A stretch of 64,000 nt of DNA, from NCBI GenBank assembly GCA_965219685.1, contig CBDCOH010000002.1, positions 2,752,001 through 2,816,000 of the forward strand. Reading direction: 5' to 3'. The notes below the pieces were generated by a model. It saw only the letters and a program-made list of their open reading frames with translations. It did not search any database and was not told where the DNA came from. Below are positions 1-9,290 of the stretch, piece by piece. The DNA comes from Candidatus Spongiisociaceae bacterium. Its GTDB lineage: Bacteria > Actinomycetota > Acidimicrobiia > Spongiisociales > Spongiisociaceae. The position numbers and the translations under genes were made by a program. Every line of letters begins with the position of its first letter. Within the stretch, counting starts at the first letter, position 1.

Positions 1-98
1 TCCACCACCACCTCGCCAGGACCGGCGACAGGATCGTCCAAATCTTCGGCCACCAGAACTTCGGGACCGCCGAGACTCCGTATCACGGTTGCACGCAT
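1..98 (-). CDS. NADPH:quinone oxidoreductase / zinc-binding dehydrogenase family, N-terminal part (runs off window)
   Basis: Manual translation MRATVIRSLGGPEVLVAEDLDDPVAGPGEVVV, a typical MDR/QOR N-terminus; GGAGG RBS upstream. Confidence 0.7.
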   Translation of the reverse strand, partial: MRATVIRSLGGPEVLVAEDLDDPVAGPGEVVV

Positions 99-207
99 CG
101 ACCTACCTCCCCGCATCGTCGCCTTGTCCGGCGGTACGCTAGCGCGGCGAAGAAACCGGTCGCTCAGGAGACGGTCAGGAGCAGGCCGCGGTGTCCGACC
201 GGTCGGA

Positions 208-714
208 TCACCTACTCCGCGCCATCCGCCGCCGGGTGCGGTCGTCGGCGATCATGGCAATACATGCGACTTCGAGTTGCTCCCTGCAACTGGTGCGACC
301 GGCCCTGAGTCGGCGGATTCCATCCCCGGCGTATCCGATCGCGTTGAGGGCTTCAGCCTTGTTCGGCACATACGTATAGTCGTAGTCGGCCATGTAACGT
401 TCCGCTTGTAGGTCCGTGAATACTCCGGCCACGAACAGCAGGTCCTCGTGACAAACCGGATTGCCTTCGAGCCATGGCACTCGGCCGCTGGCTCCGAGTC
501 TGTGGAACACAGCCTGGGCGCCGCTGTGTTCCAGCATCCGTCGGGCAGCAACGCGTACCGTCGGCGTGAACAGGCGCTCCACCTCCTCTGTCAACGCCGT
601 GAATAGCGCGTGGTAGGCGGTGGAGACGGCGCGCCGAAGAGCGGCATGCGCTGGACGACCCGGCCCCGCCGAGCACAGTGACTCGGCTACATCGAGTAGC
701 CCCTCCGGTGTCAT
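208..714 (-). CDS. HEPN-domain-like protein (putative toxin)
   Basis: LRRAVSTAYHALF N-terminal helix and LQAERYMADY resemble the HEPN RxxADY motif. Confidence 0.6.
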   Translation of the reverse strand: MTPEGLLDVAESLCSAGPGRPAHAALRRAVSTAYHALFTALTEEVERLFTPTVRVAARRMLEHSGAQAVFHRLGASGRVPWLEGNPVCHEDLLFVAGVFTDLQAERYMADYDYTYVPNKAEALNAIGYAGDGIRRLRAGRTSCREQLEVACIAMIADDRTRRRMARSR

Positions 715-733
715 GGCATCCCGTCGTCGATCC

Positions 734-1069
734 TCAAGCGGCGGGTACCTCCGCGCCCATCCGGTGAGCCGGGTCCCGCAACTCCTCCCGTGAGCGGAAC
801 AGACAGGTCACCCAAAGATTCTCACCGCCCAACTCGGCGAAGAACCGGTCGCGGACCATATTCCTGTAGCGGAACATCTCTTCCCGCGGCCATCCCTCGT
901 CACCGTCTCCGGTGAGCGGCAATTCGACGACAGGGAGCACCACCCATCCGTCCAAGTCGTAGGGATCTGCGATGATTCGAAAGTAGCGGATCCGCGCCGG
1001 ATCACCGGTCCGCGCCAAGTCCTCGTTGATCCGGATGAGAATCCGTTCGCTCTGCTCCCATAAATCCAT
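734..1069 (-). CDS. Small hypothetical protein, putative MNT-like/antitoxin partner of the HEPN gene
   Basis: 111 aa, 19 bp upstream of and co-oriented with the HEPN ORF; own AT-rich promoter. Confidence 0.45.
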   Translation of the reverse strand: MDLWEQSERILIRINEDLARTGDPARIRYFRIIADPYDLDGWVVLPVVELPLTGDGDEGWPREEMFRYRNMVRDRFFAELGGENLWVTCLFRSREELRDPAHRMGAEVPAA

Positions 1070-1077
1070 ATACGTAG

Positions 1078-1097
1078 GATAGTACTAAAATACTATC
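1078..1097. promoter_or_regulatory. Palindromic operator overlapping a putative -10 (TACTAT, minus strand) of the HEPN pair
   Basis: GATAGTA-CTAAAA-TACTATC perfect inverted repeat just upstream of the ATG at 1069. Confidence 0.45.
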
Positions 1098-1116
1098 TAT
1101 AGCGAGCTGAGTAGCG

Positions 1117-2193
1117 TTAGACTACACGTCGCAGAGCGGCATCGAAGCGTCGGGCCACCGTCTCCCAGGAGTAGTGATCTACCGCTCGGGCTCGAGCCGC
1201 GGCGCCCATCTCATCCCGTCGATCGACGATCAGGCGCACCGCATCCACTATCCCTTCCACCGACGTGGCTACAAACCCTGTAACTCCAGGAACCACGGTC
1301 TCGGGAGCGCCCCCCGAGGTTCCCGCCACGACAGGAAGGCCGGACGCCGAGGCTTCCAGGTACACGATCCCCAGGCCTTCGGCTTCCAGACCCAGCCAGC
1401 GCGACCGAGCGGGCATGACGAAGACGTCGCAGGCGCGGTACAGCCCCGGGAGGGCCTTCCACGGAACGTCGGACTCGACCCGGACCGGGACCGTCGCTCG
1501 CGACGCACGCCGTTGGATACGGGCTTGGAGACGGCCCCTGCCCGCCAGGAGGACCTCCGCGGGGATCCCCGCGGCGTCCAGCCGCTCGGCAGCGGCGAGC
1601 ACCCGCAGGTGGCCCTTGCGGGGTACGAAACGGGAGATGCAACCGATCACCAGCGGCCTGTCCCCGGGCGGGCCGGGCCTGTGCTCGGCGGGACGGAAGG
1701 CCGCCAAATCGACGCCGGCGCCGAGTATCGAGGTCTCCGCGGCCCCCATTGCCGCCACCTTGCCGGCGGTGAAGGCGGACACGGTGAGCACCACGGAAGC
1801 ATTCCGGAACGTCCATCCCAGCACCTGCCGCAAGCCGGGCACCGCACCGGGAAGCGTCACCTCGGCTCCGTGGGCGATCACCACGAACGGGATACCGAAC
1901 GCCCCGGCGAGGCGGGGCCCTAGCTGTGCGAGCGGATGGGGCGCTCCGAACACCACCACCTCCGGCTCGAAATCCCTGATGTGATCCGCCACCCAGCGGT
2001 AGGTCCTGGCGGTGGGGACCAGGTACGACGCCCAGCCGCGGACAACCTGAGGATCGGCCGGAGCACCGGGGTGGCGGCAAGCCAGCACCCGGAACGAGAC
2101 CGAGGAGTGGCCGATCAGGTTCGAAAGGTACTGCTGGATCCCCCCTGCCTTCGGGGGGTAGTCGTTGGTGACCAGCAACGCCCGCACGGGCAT
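1117..2193 (-). CDS. GT4 glycosyltransferase, PimB-like phosphatidylinositol mannosyltransferase
   Basis: LLVTNDYPPKAGGIQ, SRFVPRKG and EGLGIVYLEASASGLPVV motifs; start trimmed to the ATG at 2193. Confidence 0.8.
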   Translation of the reverse strand: MPVRALLVTNDYPPKAGGIQQYLSNLIGHSSVSFRVLACRHPGAPADPQVVRGWASYLVPTARTYRWVADHIRDFEPEVVVFGAPHPLAQLGPRLAGAFGIPFVVIAHGAEVTLPGAVPGLRQVLGWTFRNASVVLTVSAFTAGKVAAMGAAETSILGAGVDLAAFRPAEHRPGPPGDRPLVIGCISRFVPRKGHLRVLAAAERLDAAGIPAEVLLAGRGRLQARIQRRASRATVPVRVESDVPWKALPGLYRACDVFVMPARSRWLGLEAEGLGIVYLEASASGLPVVAGTSGGAPETVVPGVTGFVATSVEGIVDAVRLIVDRRDEMGAAARARAVDHYSWETVARRFDAALRRVV

Positions 2194-2275
2194 GACGGTA
2201 CCCGCCGCGACGGCCCGGACCGGTTGGGCCGCCATCCCCCCGGCGGGAGCCGGCTTCCGGTTACGATCAGCGGAC

Positions 2276-3358
2276 ATGAGAAGACCGCCGATCCGGACCC
2301 TCGACCTATCCGGGAGCCCCGCGGCGATGGGCCACGCGCACGGCACCGCCTACGCCGCCGAGATCCGGGCCTACACGAGGGAACGCATCGAGTTGGTCAT
2401 GTCGGGCCTGTGGAGCGGGGTAGCCCTCTCCCGAGGCGAGGTGCTCGGAGTGGCGGAAGCGTGCCTTGAAGCCCACGAACGCCAGTCCCCCGTCCTCTAC
2501 GAGGAGATGTCGGCGATGGCCGGAGCCGCCGGCATCACCCTGGCCGAAGCAGTGGTGGTGGGCGGATTCACCGACTTCGTCGACACCGTACGGGCCGAGA
2601 TGGGAGTCGGCCGCCCCGCCGAACTCCTGGAGGACACCTGCACCGCCTTCATCGTGCCGGACCACCGGGCCGCCGGCGCAGGGTTCTTCGGCCAGACCTG
2701 GGACATGCACGCATCGGCGACCGATCACGTCGTCCTACTGCGCATCAGGCCGGACGACGGACCACCGGCCCTGGTGTTCACGACCACCGGTTGCCTCGGC
2801 CAGATCGGGATGAACGGACTCGGAGTGTGCGTGGGCATCAACAACCTCAGCGCCGCCGACGGCCGGACCGGGGTCATGTGGCCGACGGTGGTCCGCCAGG
2901 CTCTTCTGTGCGAGAGCGCGGAGGAGGCCCGCGACGTCATCCTCTCGGCCGACCTGGCCGGAGGGCACAACTTCATGGTGTTCGACGGCGAGGGCGCCGG
3001 CTACAACATCGAGGCCATGCCGACCGTGCGACCCGTGACCGGCCTCGGGTCCGACGCGCTGGTGCACACCAACCACACCACCACCGGCGCCGCCGGGGCG
3101 GTGGAGGCCCCGAGACCCCCTGACCTTCGGGAGAACTCCCTTCGCCGGATGGCCAGCGCTGTCGAACACCTCGACCGCGACGACCTCTCGGTCGAGGACC
3201 TGATGGAGTTGACCCGGCGGGCCGTTTGCCAGGTGGCCGAGCCCCCGTACCACGTGGAGACCTCCGGCGCCACCGTGATGCGACCCAAGACGTCGGAGTT
3301 CTGGGCGGTCTGGGGGCTCCCCAGCATGAACGACTACGCCAGGATCGGGTTCCCCTGA
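2276..3358 (+). CDS. C45-family (AAT/Ntn) autoproteolytic acyltransferase/hydrolase
   Basis: MGHAHG N-terminus, DTCT nucleophile Cys, GQTWD, GMNGLGVCVGINNL, HTNH. Confidence 0.8.
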   Translation: MRRPPIRTLDLSGSPAAMGHAHGTAYAAEIRAYTRERIELVMSGLWSGVALSRGEVLGVAEACLEAHERQSPVLYEEMSAMAGAAGITLAEAVVVGGFTDFVDTVRAEMGVGRPAELLEDTCTAFIVPDHRAAGAGFFGQTWDMHASATDHVVLLRIRPDDGPPALVFTTTGCLGQIGMNGLGVCVGINNLSAADGRTGVMWPTVVRQALLCESAEEARDVILSADLAGGHNFMVFDGEGAGYNIEAMPTVRPVTGLGSDALVHTNHTTTGAAGAVEAPRPPDLRENSLRRMASAVEHLDRDDLSVEDLMELTRRAVCQVAEPPYHVETSGATVMRPKTSEFWAVWGLPSMNDYARIGFP

Positions 3359-3456
3359 CAACCCGCCTCCCTTGGTGCCGCCATGCCGCAGCTATCCTCG
3401 GAAACCGGTGTGCCGGCGTCACGACACCGGTAATCGGCTCGTAGGGGAGGGACGTT

Positions 3457-4527
3457 ATGGGATCCGAGGTGTCGGCGGTCGGGCTCCACGGCATCACCAA
3501 GCGCTTCGGCGACGTGACCGCCGTGGACGAAGTCGACCTCGAGATCGCCGACGGCGAATTCTTTGCCCTTCTCGGTCCTTCCGGATGCGGCAAGACCACC
3601 ACCCTGCGCCTGATAGCGGGGCTCGAGTTCCCGACCCGGGGCAGCCTCCGCATCTTCGGCGAGGAGGTGGGAACCCTCCCCCCCAACAAGCGGCCGGTCA
3701 ACACAGTCTTCCAGAACTACGCACTCTTCCCGCACATGACGGTCGAGGAGAACGTCGCCTTCGGGCTCCGGATGCGGAGGGTGCCGAAGGGCGAGATCGG
3801 GTCGCGGGTTCACGACGCCATCGGACTGGTCCACATGGAGGGGATGGAACACCGGCGCTCCAACCAGCTCTCCGGCGGTCAGCAGCAGCGCGTCGCCCTG
3901 GCGCGCGCCCTCGTGAACAGCCCCAAGGTCCTGCTCTTGGACGAACCTCTCGGAGCCCTTGACCTCAAGCTCCGCCAGGCGATGCAGGTCGAGTTGAAGG
4001 GCCTCCAGCGTGAGGTGGGTATCACCTTCGTCTTCGTCACCCACGACCAGGGGGAGGCGCTGGCGATGAGCGACCGGATCGGCGTGATGAACGGCGGCCG
4101 CCTCCTGCAGGTCGGCACCCCCGAGGAGATATACGCCCGGCCTGCCAACCGTTTCGTCGCCGACTTCATCGGCCACACCAACCTTCTGGACGCCATGGTC
4201 ATGGACGACCGGTCGGTGACCCTGGCCAACGGCGTCCGCATACCCGCCGAATCGGGAGTAGCCCCCGGGACCAGGGTGGCGGTCAGCCTGAGACCTGAGC
4301 AGGCTGCATTGAACCGGCGGAACGAAGCGCCCTCGCATCACACTTCGGTCGACGGCACGATCGAGCAGATCACCTACCTGGGGAACGCCCTGGTGTACAG
4401 GGTCGTCTTCGAGTGGATGGACATGGATGTCCGGGCCGAGAACCGCCCCGGGATGGCGAAGGCCGCCGTCGGTGACGAGGTCACCGTCTCTTGGGAACCC
4501 ACCGCGGTCGCCGTGGTGGAGAACTGA
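3457..4527 (+). CDS. potA: Spermidine/putrescine ABC transporter ATPase
   Basis: GPSGCGKTT, VNTVFQNYALFPHM, LSGGQQQR, LLLDEP, C-terminal TOBE. Confidence 0.9.
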   Translation: MGSEVSAVGLHGITKRFGDVTAVDEVDLEIADGEFFALLGPSGCGKTTTLRLIAGLEFPTRGSLRIFGEEVGTLPPNKRPVNTVFQNYALFPHMTVEENVAFGLRMRRVPKGEIGSRVHDAIGLVHMEGMEHRRSNQLSGGQQQRVALARALVNSPKVLLLDEPLGALDLKLRQAMQVELKGLQREVGITFVFVTHDQGEALAMSDRIGVMNGGRLLQVGTPEEIYARPANRFVADFIGHTNLLDAMVMDDRSVTLANGVRIPAESGVAPGTRVAVSLRPEQAALNRRNEAPSHHTSVDGTIEQITYLGNALVYRVVFEWMDMDVRAENRPGMAKAAVGDEVTVSWEPTAVAVVEN

Positions 4528-4532
4528 GCGAG

Positions 4533-5468
4533 GTGACCACCGCCACCGACACCCCTCCGCCGCCCGGTTCCGGACCGGAAGGTCCCGATCGGGCCGCGCT
4601 CCGGGCGACGCCGGAGTTCGAGAGAGCCGCCGCCAGGGCGGACTCGCGCCGTGGCTTCCTGCTCTCCCTCCCCGCCTACGCGTATCTCGCCCTGTTCTTC
4701 GCGATCCCGTTCGGGATCGTGATCGTGTACTCGGTTGCGACCCGCAACCGCATCGGCGGAACCGACCTGGCCGGGTGGAACCTGGACTCCTACCGCAGGC
4801 TCGGCGAGCCCATCGTGCGCGACATCCTGTTCCGGTCGGTGTGGATCGCCCTGCTCACCACGGTGATATGCCTCCTGGTGGCCTACCCCTTCTCGTACTT
4901 CCTCTCCACCCGTTCCCCAACGGTCCGCAACTTGATGCTGGTGTTCGTGATGATCCCCTTCTGGACCAACTTCCTGGTCCGCAACTATGCATGGCGGGTG
5001 ATCCTGGGCACCGACGGACCCCTGAGCACGGTCAGCCAGGCGCTGGGATTGGGACCTCAGGAGATCCTCTTCACCCACTCGGCCGTGATCATCGGGCTGG
5101 TCTACGGCTACCTCCCATTCATGATCCTCCCCCTCTACGCGGCCATCGAACGCATCGACCCCAGCCTGCTCGAGGCGAGCCGCGACCTCTATGCATCCGG
5201 GACCCAGTCGTTCCGGGAGGTCTTGCTGCCGCTCTCGATGCCGGGAGTCGTCGCCGGGTCCATCCTGGTCTTCGTGCCCAGCCTGGGCGCGTACGTGACC
5301 CCGCAGATCCTGGGTGGAGGCAAGTCGACCATGCTGGGCTCCTACATAGTGGTCCAGTTCCTCACCGCCAGGAACTGGCCGCTCGGGGCCTCGCTGTCCT
5401 TCGTTCTGATGACCGTGATGCTTGCGGCGACCCTGATCTATTTCAGGACCGGGGGGCGGAACCTGTGA
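4533..5468 (+). CDS. potB: Polyamine ABC permease
   Basis: PFWTNFLVRNYAW, YGYLPFMILPLY, EAA-like loop; start uncertain (4524-4533). Confidence 0.85.
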   Translation: MTTATDTPPPPGSGPEGPDRAALRATPEFERAAARADSRRGFLLSLPAYAYLALFFAIPFGIVIVYSVATRNRIGGTDLAGWNLDSYRRLGEPIVRDILFRSVWIALLTTVICLLVAYPFSYFLSTRSPTVRNLMLVFVMIPFWTNFLVRNYAWRVILGTDGPLSTVSQALGLGPQEILFTHSAVIIGLVYGYLPFMILPLYAAIERIDPSLLEASRDLYASGTQSFREVLLPLSMPGVVAGSILVFVPSLGAYVTPQILGGGKSTMLGSYIVVQFLTARNWPLGASLSFVLMTVMLAATLIYFRTGGRNL

Positions 5469-6328
5469 GCCGCGGAGCCGTCCGTCCCCGCGGCACGACC
5501 AGGGCGGCCCTGACGGGCGGGGCCTGGCTCGTCTACACGTTCTTCTACGCGCCCATCGTCCTGCTGGTGGTGTTCTCGTTCAGCGACGACCGCAACGTGG
5601 GTCGTTGGGGAGGTTTCACCCTCTCCTGGTACGAGGATTTCATCCACCATTCCCAGTTGCAGAACTCGCTGTGGGTCTCCGTGCGCGTGGCCGTCCTCTC
5701 CACCGTCATCTCGGTCGTGCTCGGCACCCTGTCGGCCCTGGCCCTGGAGCGCTTCCGGTTCCGGGGGCGGCGGGTGTTCGACGCCCTGCTGTACCTGCCC
5801 ATCATCATCCCCGACGTCACGATGGCGGTGATGATGCTCCTGTTCTTCTCGGAGAGTATCCGTCTGGCCGAAGCCCTCCTGGGCCTGGAACTCACGAAGG
5901 GCTTCAGCACCATCACCATCAGCCACATCGCGTTCAACATCAGCTTCGTGTCGGTGGTGGTGAGGGCCAGGCTGTCGGGCATGGACGAGAACCTGGAGGA
6001 GGCGGCGCTCGACCTCTACGCCAGCCGGTGGCGGAGCTTTCGCTATGTCACCTTCCCCCAGATCGCGCCGGGCATCGCCGGCGGCGCCCTTCTGGCCCTC
6101 ACCCTGTCGCTGGACGACGTGGTCGTAACCCAGTTCGCATCCGGACCGGGCTCGACCACCCTGCCCGTGTTCGTCTTCGGAATGATCCGCCGGGGCGTCA
6201 CCCCGCTAATCAACGCGGTTTCGGTCATCATGCTGGCCGCCTCGGTGATGCTGGTGATCCTCTCCCTGGTCGTCCAGCGGATCCGTTCGGGTGAAACGCT
6301 GCGTGGAGCCACGAAGCGGACGAAGTGA
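5465..6328 (+). CDS. potC: Polyamine ABC permease
   Basis: YAPIVLLVVFSF, LEEAALDL, LSLDDVV, TTLP; GTGA overlap with potB. Confidence 0.85.
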   Translation: MSRGAVRPRGTTRAALTGGAWLVYTFFYAPIVLLVVFSFSDDRNVGRWGGFTLSWYEDFIHHSQLQNSLWVSVRVAVLSTVISVVLGTLSALALERFRFRGRRVFDALLYLPIIIPDVTMAVMMLLFFSESIRLAEALLGLELTKGFSTITISHIAFNISFVSVVVRARLSGMDENLEEAALDLYASRWRSFRYVTFPQIAPGIAGGALLALTLSLDDVVVTQFASGPGSTTLPVFVFGMIRRGVTPLINAVSVIMLAASVMLVILSLVVQRIRSGETLRGATKRTK

Positions 6329-6384
6329 CCGCGGTGGGAGACAACTCCAACGTGGTTTCGGTCGAAGCGCCAACGCGGCAGCAG

Positions 6385-6491
6385 GGAGGATGCCGAAGAG
6401 GCCCATCCGAAAGGACCTGGGGGCTGCGACTGCTCTCCGACCAGGTGGACCCCAGCAGTGAACCCCGCTAGATAGTTCTCCGGCACCCTCC
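6385..6491 (-). other. Structured intergenic element (long stem with internal loops)
   Basis: 15-bp closing stem 6385-6399/6477-6491, fully paired with G-U only on the minus strand; inner CTGGGG/CCCCAG and TCC-GAAA-GGA stems. Confidence 0.4.
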
Positions 6492-6563
6492 TAGAATCTT
6501 GACGCTGGCGCGCGCCAGCCTTGAGAAACTCTTGACGATGCGAACGAGAAGAGGGAGTTATCC

Positions 6564-7670
6564 ATGAGATCCGTTACGACGAGAAGCTTGCTTGCCGCCC
6601 TTTTGAGCCTCGCCTTGGTGGGCGCCGCCTGCGGCGAGGAGGACGGCGGAGCGGAAGCAGCCGACTGCGAGGTCGACCAGACCGACGGCGACCTGAACAT
6701 CTTCAACTGGGCCGAGTACATCGACCCCGAACTGCTGGATGCATTCGCCGCGGAGTACGGGGTGGGAGTCACCATCGATGTCTACGACTCCAACGAGGCC
6801 ATGCAGCCCATCATCTCCGCCGGCAACTCCGGATACGACCTGATCGTCCCGTCCGACTACATGGTGGCCATCCTCATCGAGGGGGAGGACATCCAGCCGC
6901 TGAACAAGGACGCCATCCCGAACGCGGCCAACGTCTCGCCGGATTTCGAGAACCTCATCTACGACCCGGACGGCACGTACTCCCTCCCCTACCAGTGGGG
7001 CACCACGGGTATCGCGGTCGACACGGCCGTGGTCGGTGCGGACTTCCCCCGGTCGTGGTCGATCATCTTCGACGCGAGCTTCGCCGATGCATACGCCGGT
7101 CGGATCTCGCTGCTGAACGATCCGCGCGAGACCCTGGGAGCGGCGCTCAAGTTCCTGGGTTACTCACTCAACACCACCGATGAGGACGAACTGGAGGAGG
7201 CCAAGGATCTGGTGGCCGAGGCGCGCGGCCGGGTGGCCGCATTCGACACCGACCAGGCCGATGAACTGTTGACCACCGGCGAGACCGCGATCGCCCACGG
7301 CTACTCCGGTGACATGTTCACCCAGTTCCTGGAGACCGACGACCCTTCCCGCTACGTGTACTTCGTGCCGGAGGAGGGCGGGACGCGCTGGATCGACAAC
7401 ATGGCGATCCCCTACGACGCCCCCAACCCCTGCACGGCCCACACCTTCATCAACTGGCTCCTGGACGGTGAGAACGGGGCGGCACTCTCCAACTACAACT
7501 ACTACTCCACCCCCAACGAGGCGGCGCTCGACGGGCTCGACGAGGATCTACTGGACTTCGTCAACGATCCGGCCGTGATCCCGGGCGGGGTCGGATCGTT
7601 GGAGGAGATCCAGGACACCGGCGACTTCGAGATCAAGTACACCGACGCTTTCATCGAGGCGGTCGGGTAG
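6564..7670 (+). CDS. potD: Polyamine ABC substrate-binding lipoprotein (PotD/PotF)
   Basis: Lipobox GAAC, LNIFNWAEYIDP, YDSNE, GYDLIVPSDYMV, PYQWGTTGI, WIDNMAIP. Confidence 0.9.
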   Translation: MRSVTTRSLLAALLSLALVGAACGEEDGGAEAADCEVDQTDGDLNIFNWAEYIDPELLDAFAAEYGVGVTIDVYDSNEAMQPIISAGNSGYDLIVPSDYMVAILIEGEDIQPLNKDAIPNAANVSPDFENLIYDPDGTYSLPYQWGTTGIAVDTAVVGADFPRSWSIIFDASFADAYAGRISLLNDPRETLGAALKFLGYSLNTTDEDELEEAKDLVAEARGRVAAFDTDQADELLTTGETAIAHGYSGDMFTQFLETDDPSRYVYFVPEEGGTRWIDNMAIPYDAPNPCTAHTFINWLLDGENGAALSNYNYYSTPNEAALDGLDEDLLDFVNDPAVIPGGVGSLEEIQDTGDFEIKYTDAFIEAVG

Positions 7671-7743
7671 GCCGAGCCCGCGACGACCGGTACCGGTCCC
7701 CCCGGAAGACCAACCTTTGCTCTCCGGGGGCGGCCGGTTGCGG

Positions 7744-8913
7744 TCAGGTTCCCGCCCTGGCGGGCACCGTTCTCTCCAGTTCGGCGCGCACCAGCGGGTC
7801 GTCCCCGTCGTCCAGCGCGTCCAGCCCCAGTCCGAGCCGGCGCGCGCACCAGACGGCATGGGCTCGAACGATCGGGTCCGGATCGGCGAGCGCTCCGTCG
7901 ACCGCGGCCCGGACCCGAGGATCGGAGGGTTCCCCTATGTTTCCGAGTGCCACCAGCGCGTTCCGTCTCAGGTAGCGGGGTTGGCGGCGGGGTATGTACC
8001 AGCGTCCGTAGCGAGCCATCAGTTCCTCGTCCGAGGCATCGAGTAGATCGAGCAGCGAGACCCAAGCCGTGTCTCCATGCCCGCCGATGTCCGCGGCGTG
8101 GTCACCGCCCGACCCGCCTTCGTTGGCCCGGCGGCGTCGACGTGTCGGCGTACCGAGCCGGACCCGCACCCGGTTGGGGGGGCACACGTCGGCACAGTCG
8201 TCGCACCCGTAGATCCGGTCACCCAGCGCCACCCGGAAGTCCGGGTCGAACACGCCGGTCTTCTGTACCAGCCATGCAAGGCATCTGCGCGCGTCCACAG
8301 TGCCGGGAGCCACGATGGCTCCCGTCGGGCAACCATCCAGGCATTGACGGCACGACCCGCAGCCATCCTGTACGGGCTCCGGATTGGCATTGCACAGTTC
8401 GGCGTCGGTGACCACAGCCCCTAGTACCACCAAGCTGCCCGCTCCGGGGACCAGGATGTTCGAGCTCTTCCCCCACCACCCGATGCCGGCCCGATGAGCC
8501 GCCGCCCGGTCCACCAGGTGATTCTCGTCCGCCACCACGATCGCGCGGTGCCCCGCCGCCCGCAAGGGCTCTGCGATCGACTCCAACGCCGATCGCAGGT
8601 CGGCGTAGTGGTCATCCCGAGCGTACGCCGCGACCCGCGCGTAGGGCCGGTCGTCGGTGGGCGGCTCAGGGTCCCCGCCCCAGAAGTCGAGCGCGCCGAC
8701 CACCAGGCTGGCGGCTCCCGGGAGTGAGCGAGCGGGGTCGGTGGAGCGGTCCGGGTTGCGGTAGGTGAACTGCATCCCGGCGTGCAGCCCCTCCTGCCTC
8801 CGCCTTCGGAGAACCTGCGCCGTGTCGTTGAAGGGCTCGGCGCGGCAGACGCCCACGGCGCGCAGCCCGGCGCGCCGACCGATTTCGATGAGCATGTCAA
8901 CCGTTACGGCCAC
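7744..8913 (-). CDS. queG: tRNA epoxyqueuosine(34) reductase
   Basis: RVAAYARDDHY, CGSCRQCLDGCPTGA, RRCLAW, IYGCDDCADVCPPN, LRRNALVALGN, HEAT-like tail. Confidence 0.9.
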   Translation of the reverse strand: MAVTVDMLIEIGRRAGLRAVGVCRAEPFNDTAQVLRRRRQEGLHAGMQFTYRNPDRSTDPARSLPGAASLVVGALDFWGGDPEPPTDDRPYARVAAYARDDHYADLRSALESIAEPLRAAGHRAIVVADENHLVDRAAAHRAGIGWWGKSSNILVPGAGSLVVLGAVVTDAELCNANPEPVQDGCGSCRQCLDGCPTGAIVAPGTVDARRCLAWLVQKTGVFDPDFRVALGDRIYGCDDCADVCPPNRVRVRLGTPTRRRRRANEGGSGGDHAADIGGHGDTAWVSLLDLLDASDEELMARYGRWYIPRRQPRYLRRNALVALGNIGEPSDPRVRAAVDGALADPDPIVRAHAVWCARRLGLGLDALDDGDDPLVRAELERTVPARAGT

Positions 8914-9005
8914 TCCCCCATCGTGGCAGATCCGAACGAGAGGGATCCTCGACAGTCCCCGACCGGATCGGATAGCCCCACCCCCCCAGTGAGGACCGTC
9001 CCCTC

Positions 9006-9183
9006 GGACCGATGGTCGCGAAACATGCTCGGCGAAGGGGGTTGATGTTCCCCCTGTGCCATCGCATAGTGGGTGGACCAAGCACCCGGGCGGTTCCGAA
9101 GCGGACGTCCTTAGGACCGCTCGAGGGGTCAGATCGTCGGAACCCGCAGGGCTGAACGGGCAGAGAGGCGCATGTTCCGGTCC
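9006..9183 (+). ncRNA. 6S RNA-like (ssrS) rod-shaped RNA
   Basis: Nested pairings AACATGC/GCATGTT, GTTC/GAAC, CCCTGTG/CGCAGGG, central bubble, GACC/GGTC, CGGGCGGTTCC/GGACCGCTCG; about 180 nt; motifs resemble those I recall from E. coli 6S. Confidence 0.55.
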
Positions 9184-9250
9184 CCGGCAAGGTGGTGGTG
9201 GGGGTGGGCCCGGCGGAGGAGTCGGCTGGTGGGGTTTTCGCGACCTCGGG

Positions 9251-9271
9251 GCCTCCGGATGCTCCGGAGGC
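9251..9271. terminator. GC-rich hairpin between convergent units
   Basis: GCCTCCGGA-TGC-TCCGGAGGC. Confidence 0.5.
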
Positions 9272-9290
9272 GGCTTGCCGGGTCTACTGC

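Noticed and set aside
4427-6328. 633-aa fused permease
   Set aside because: The N-terminal half is an off-frame overlap of potB; real potC starts at 5465
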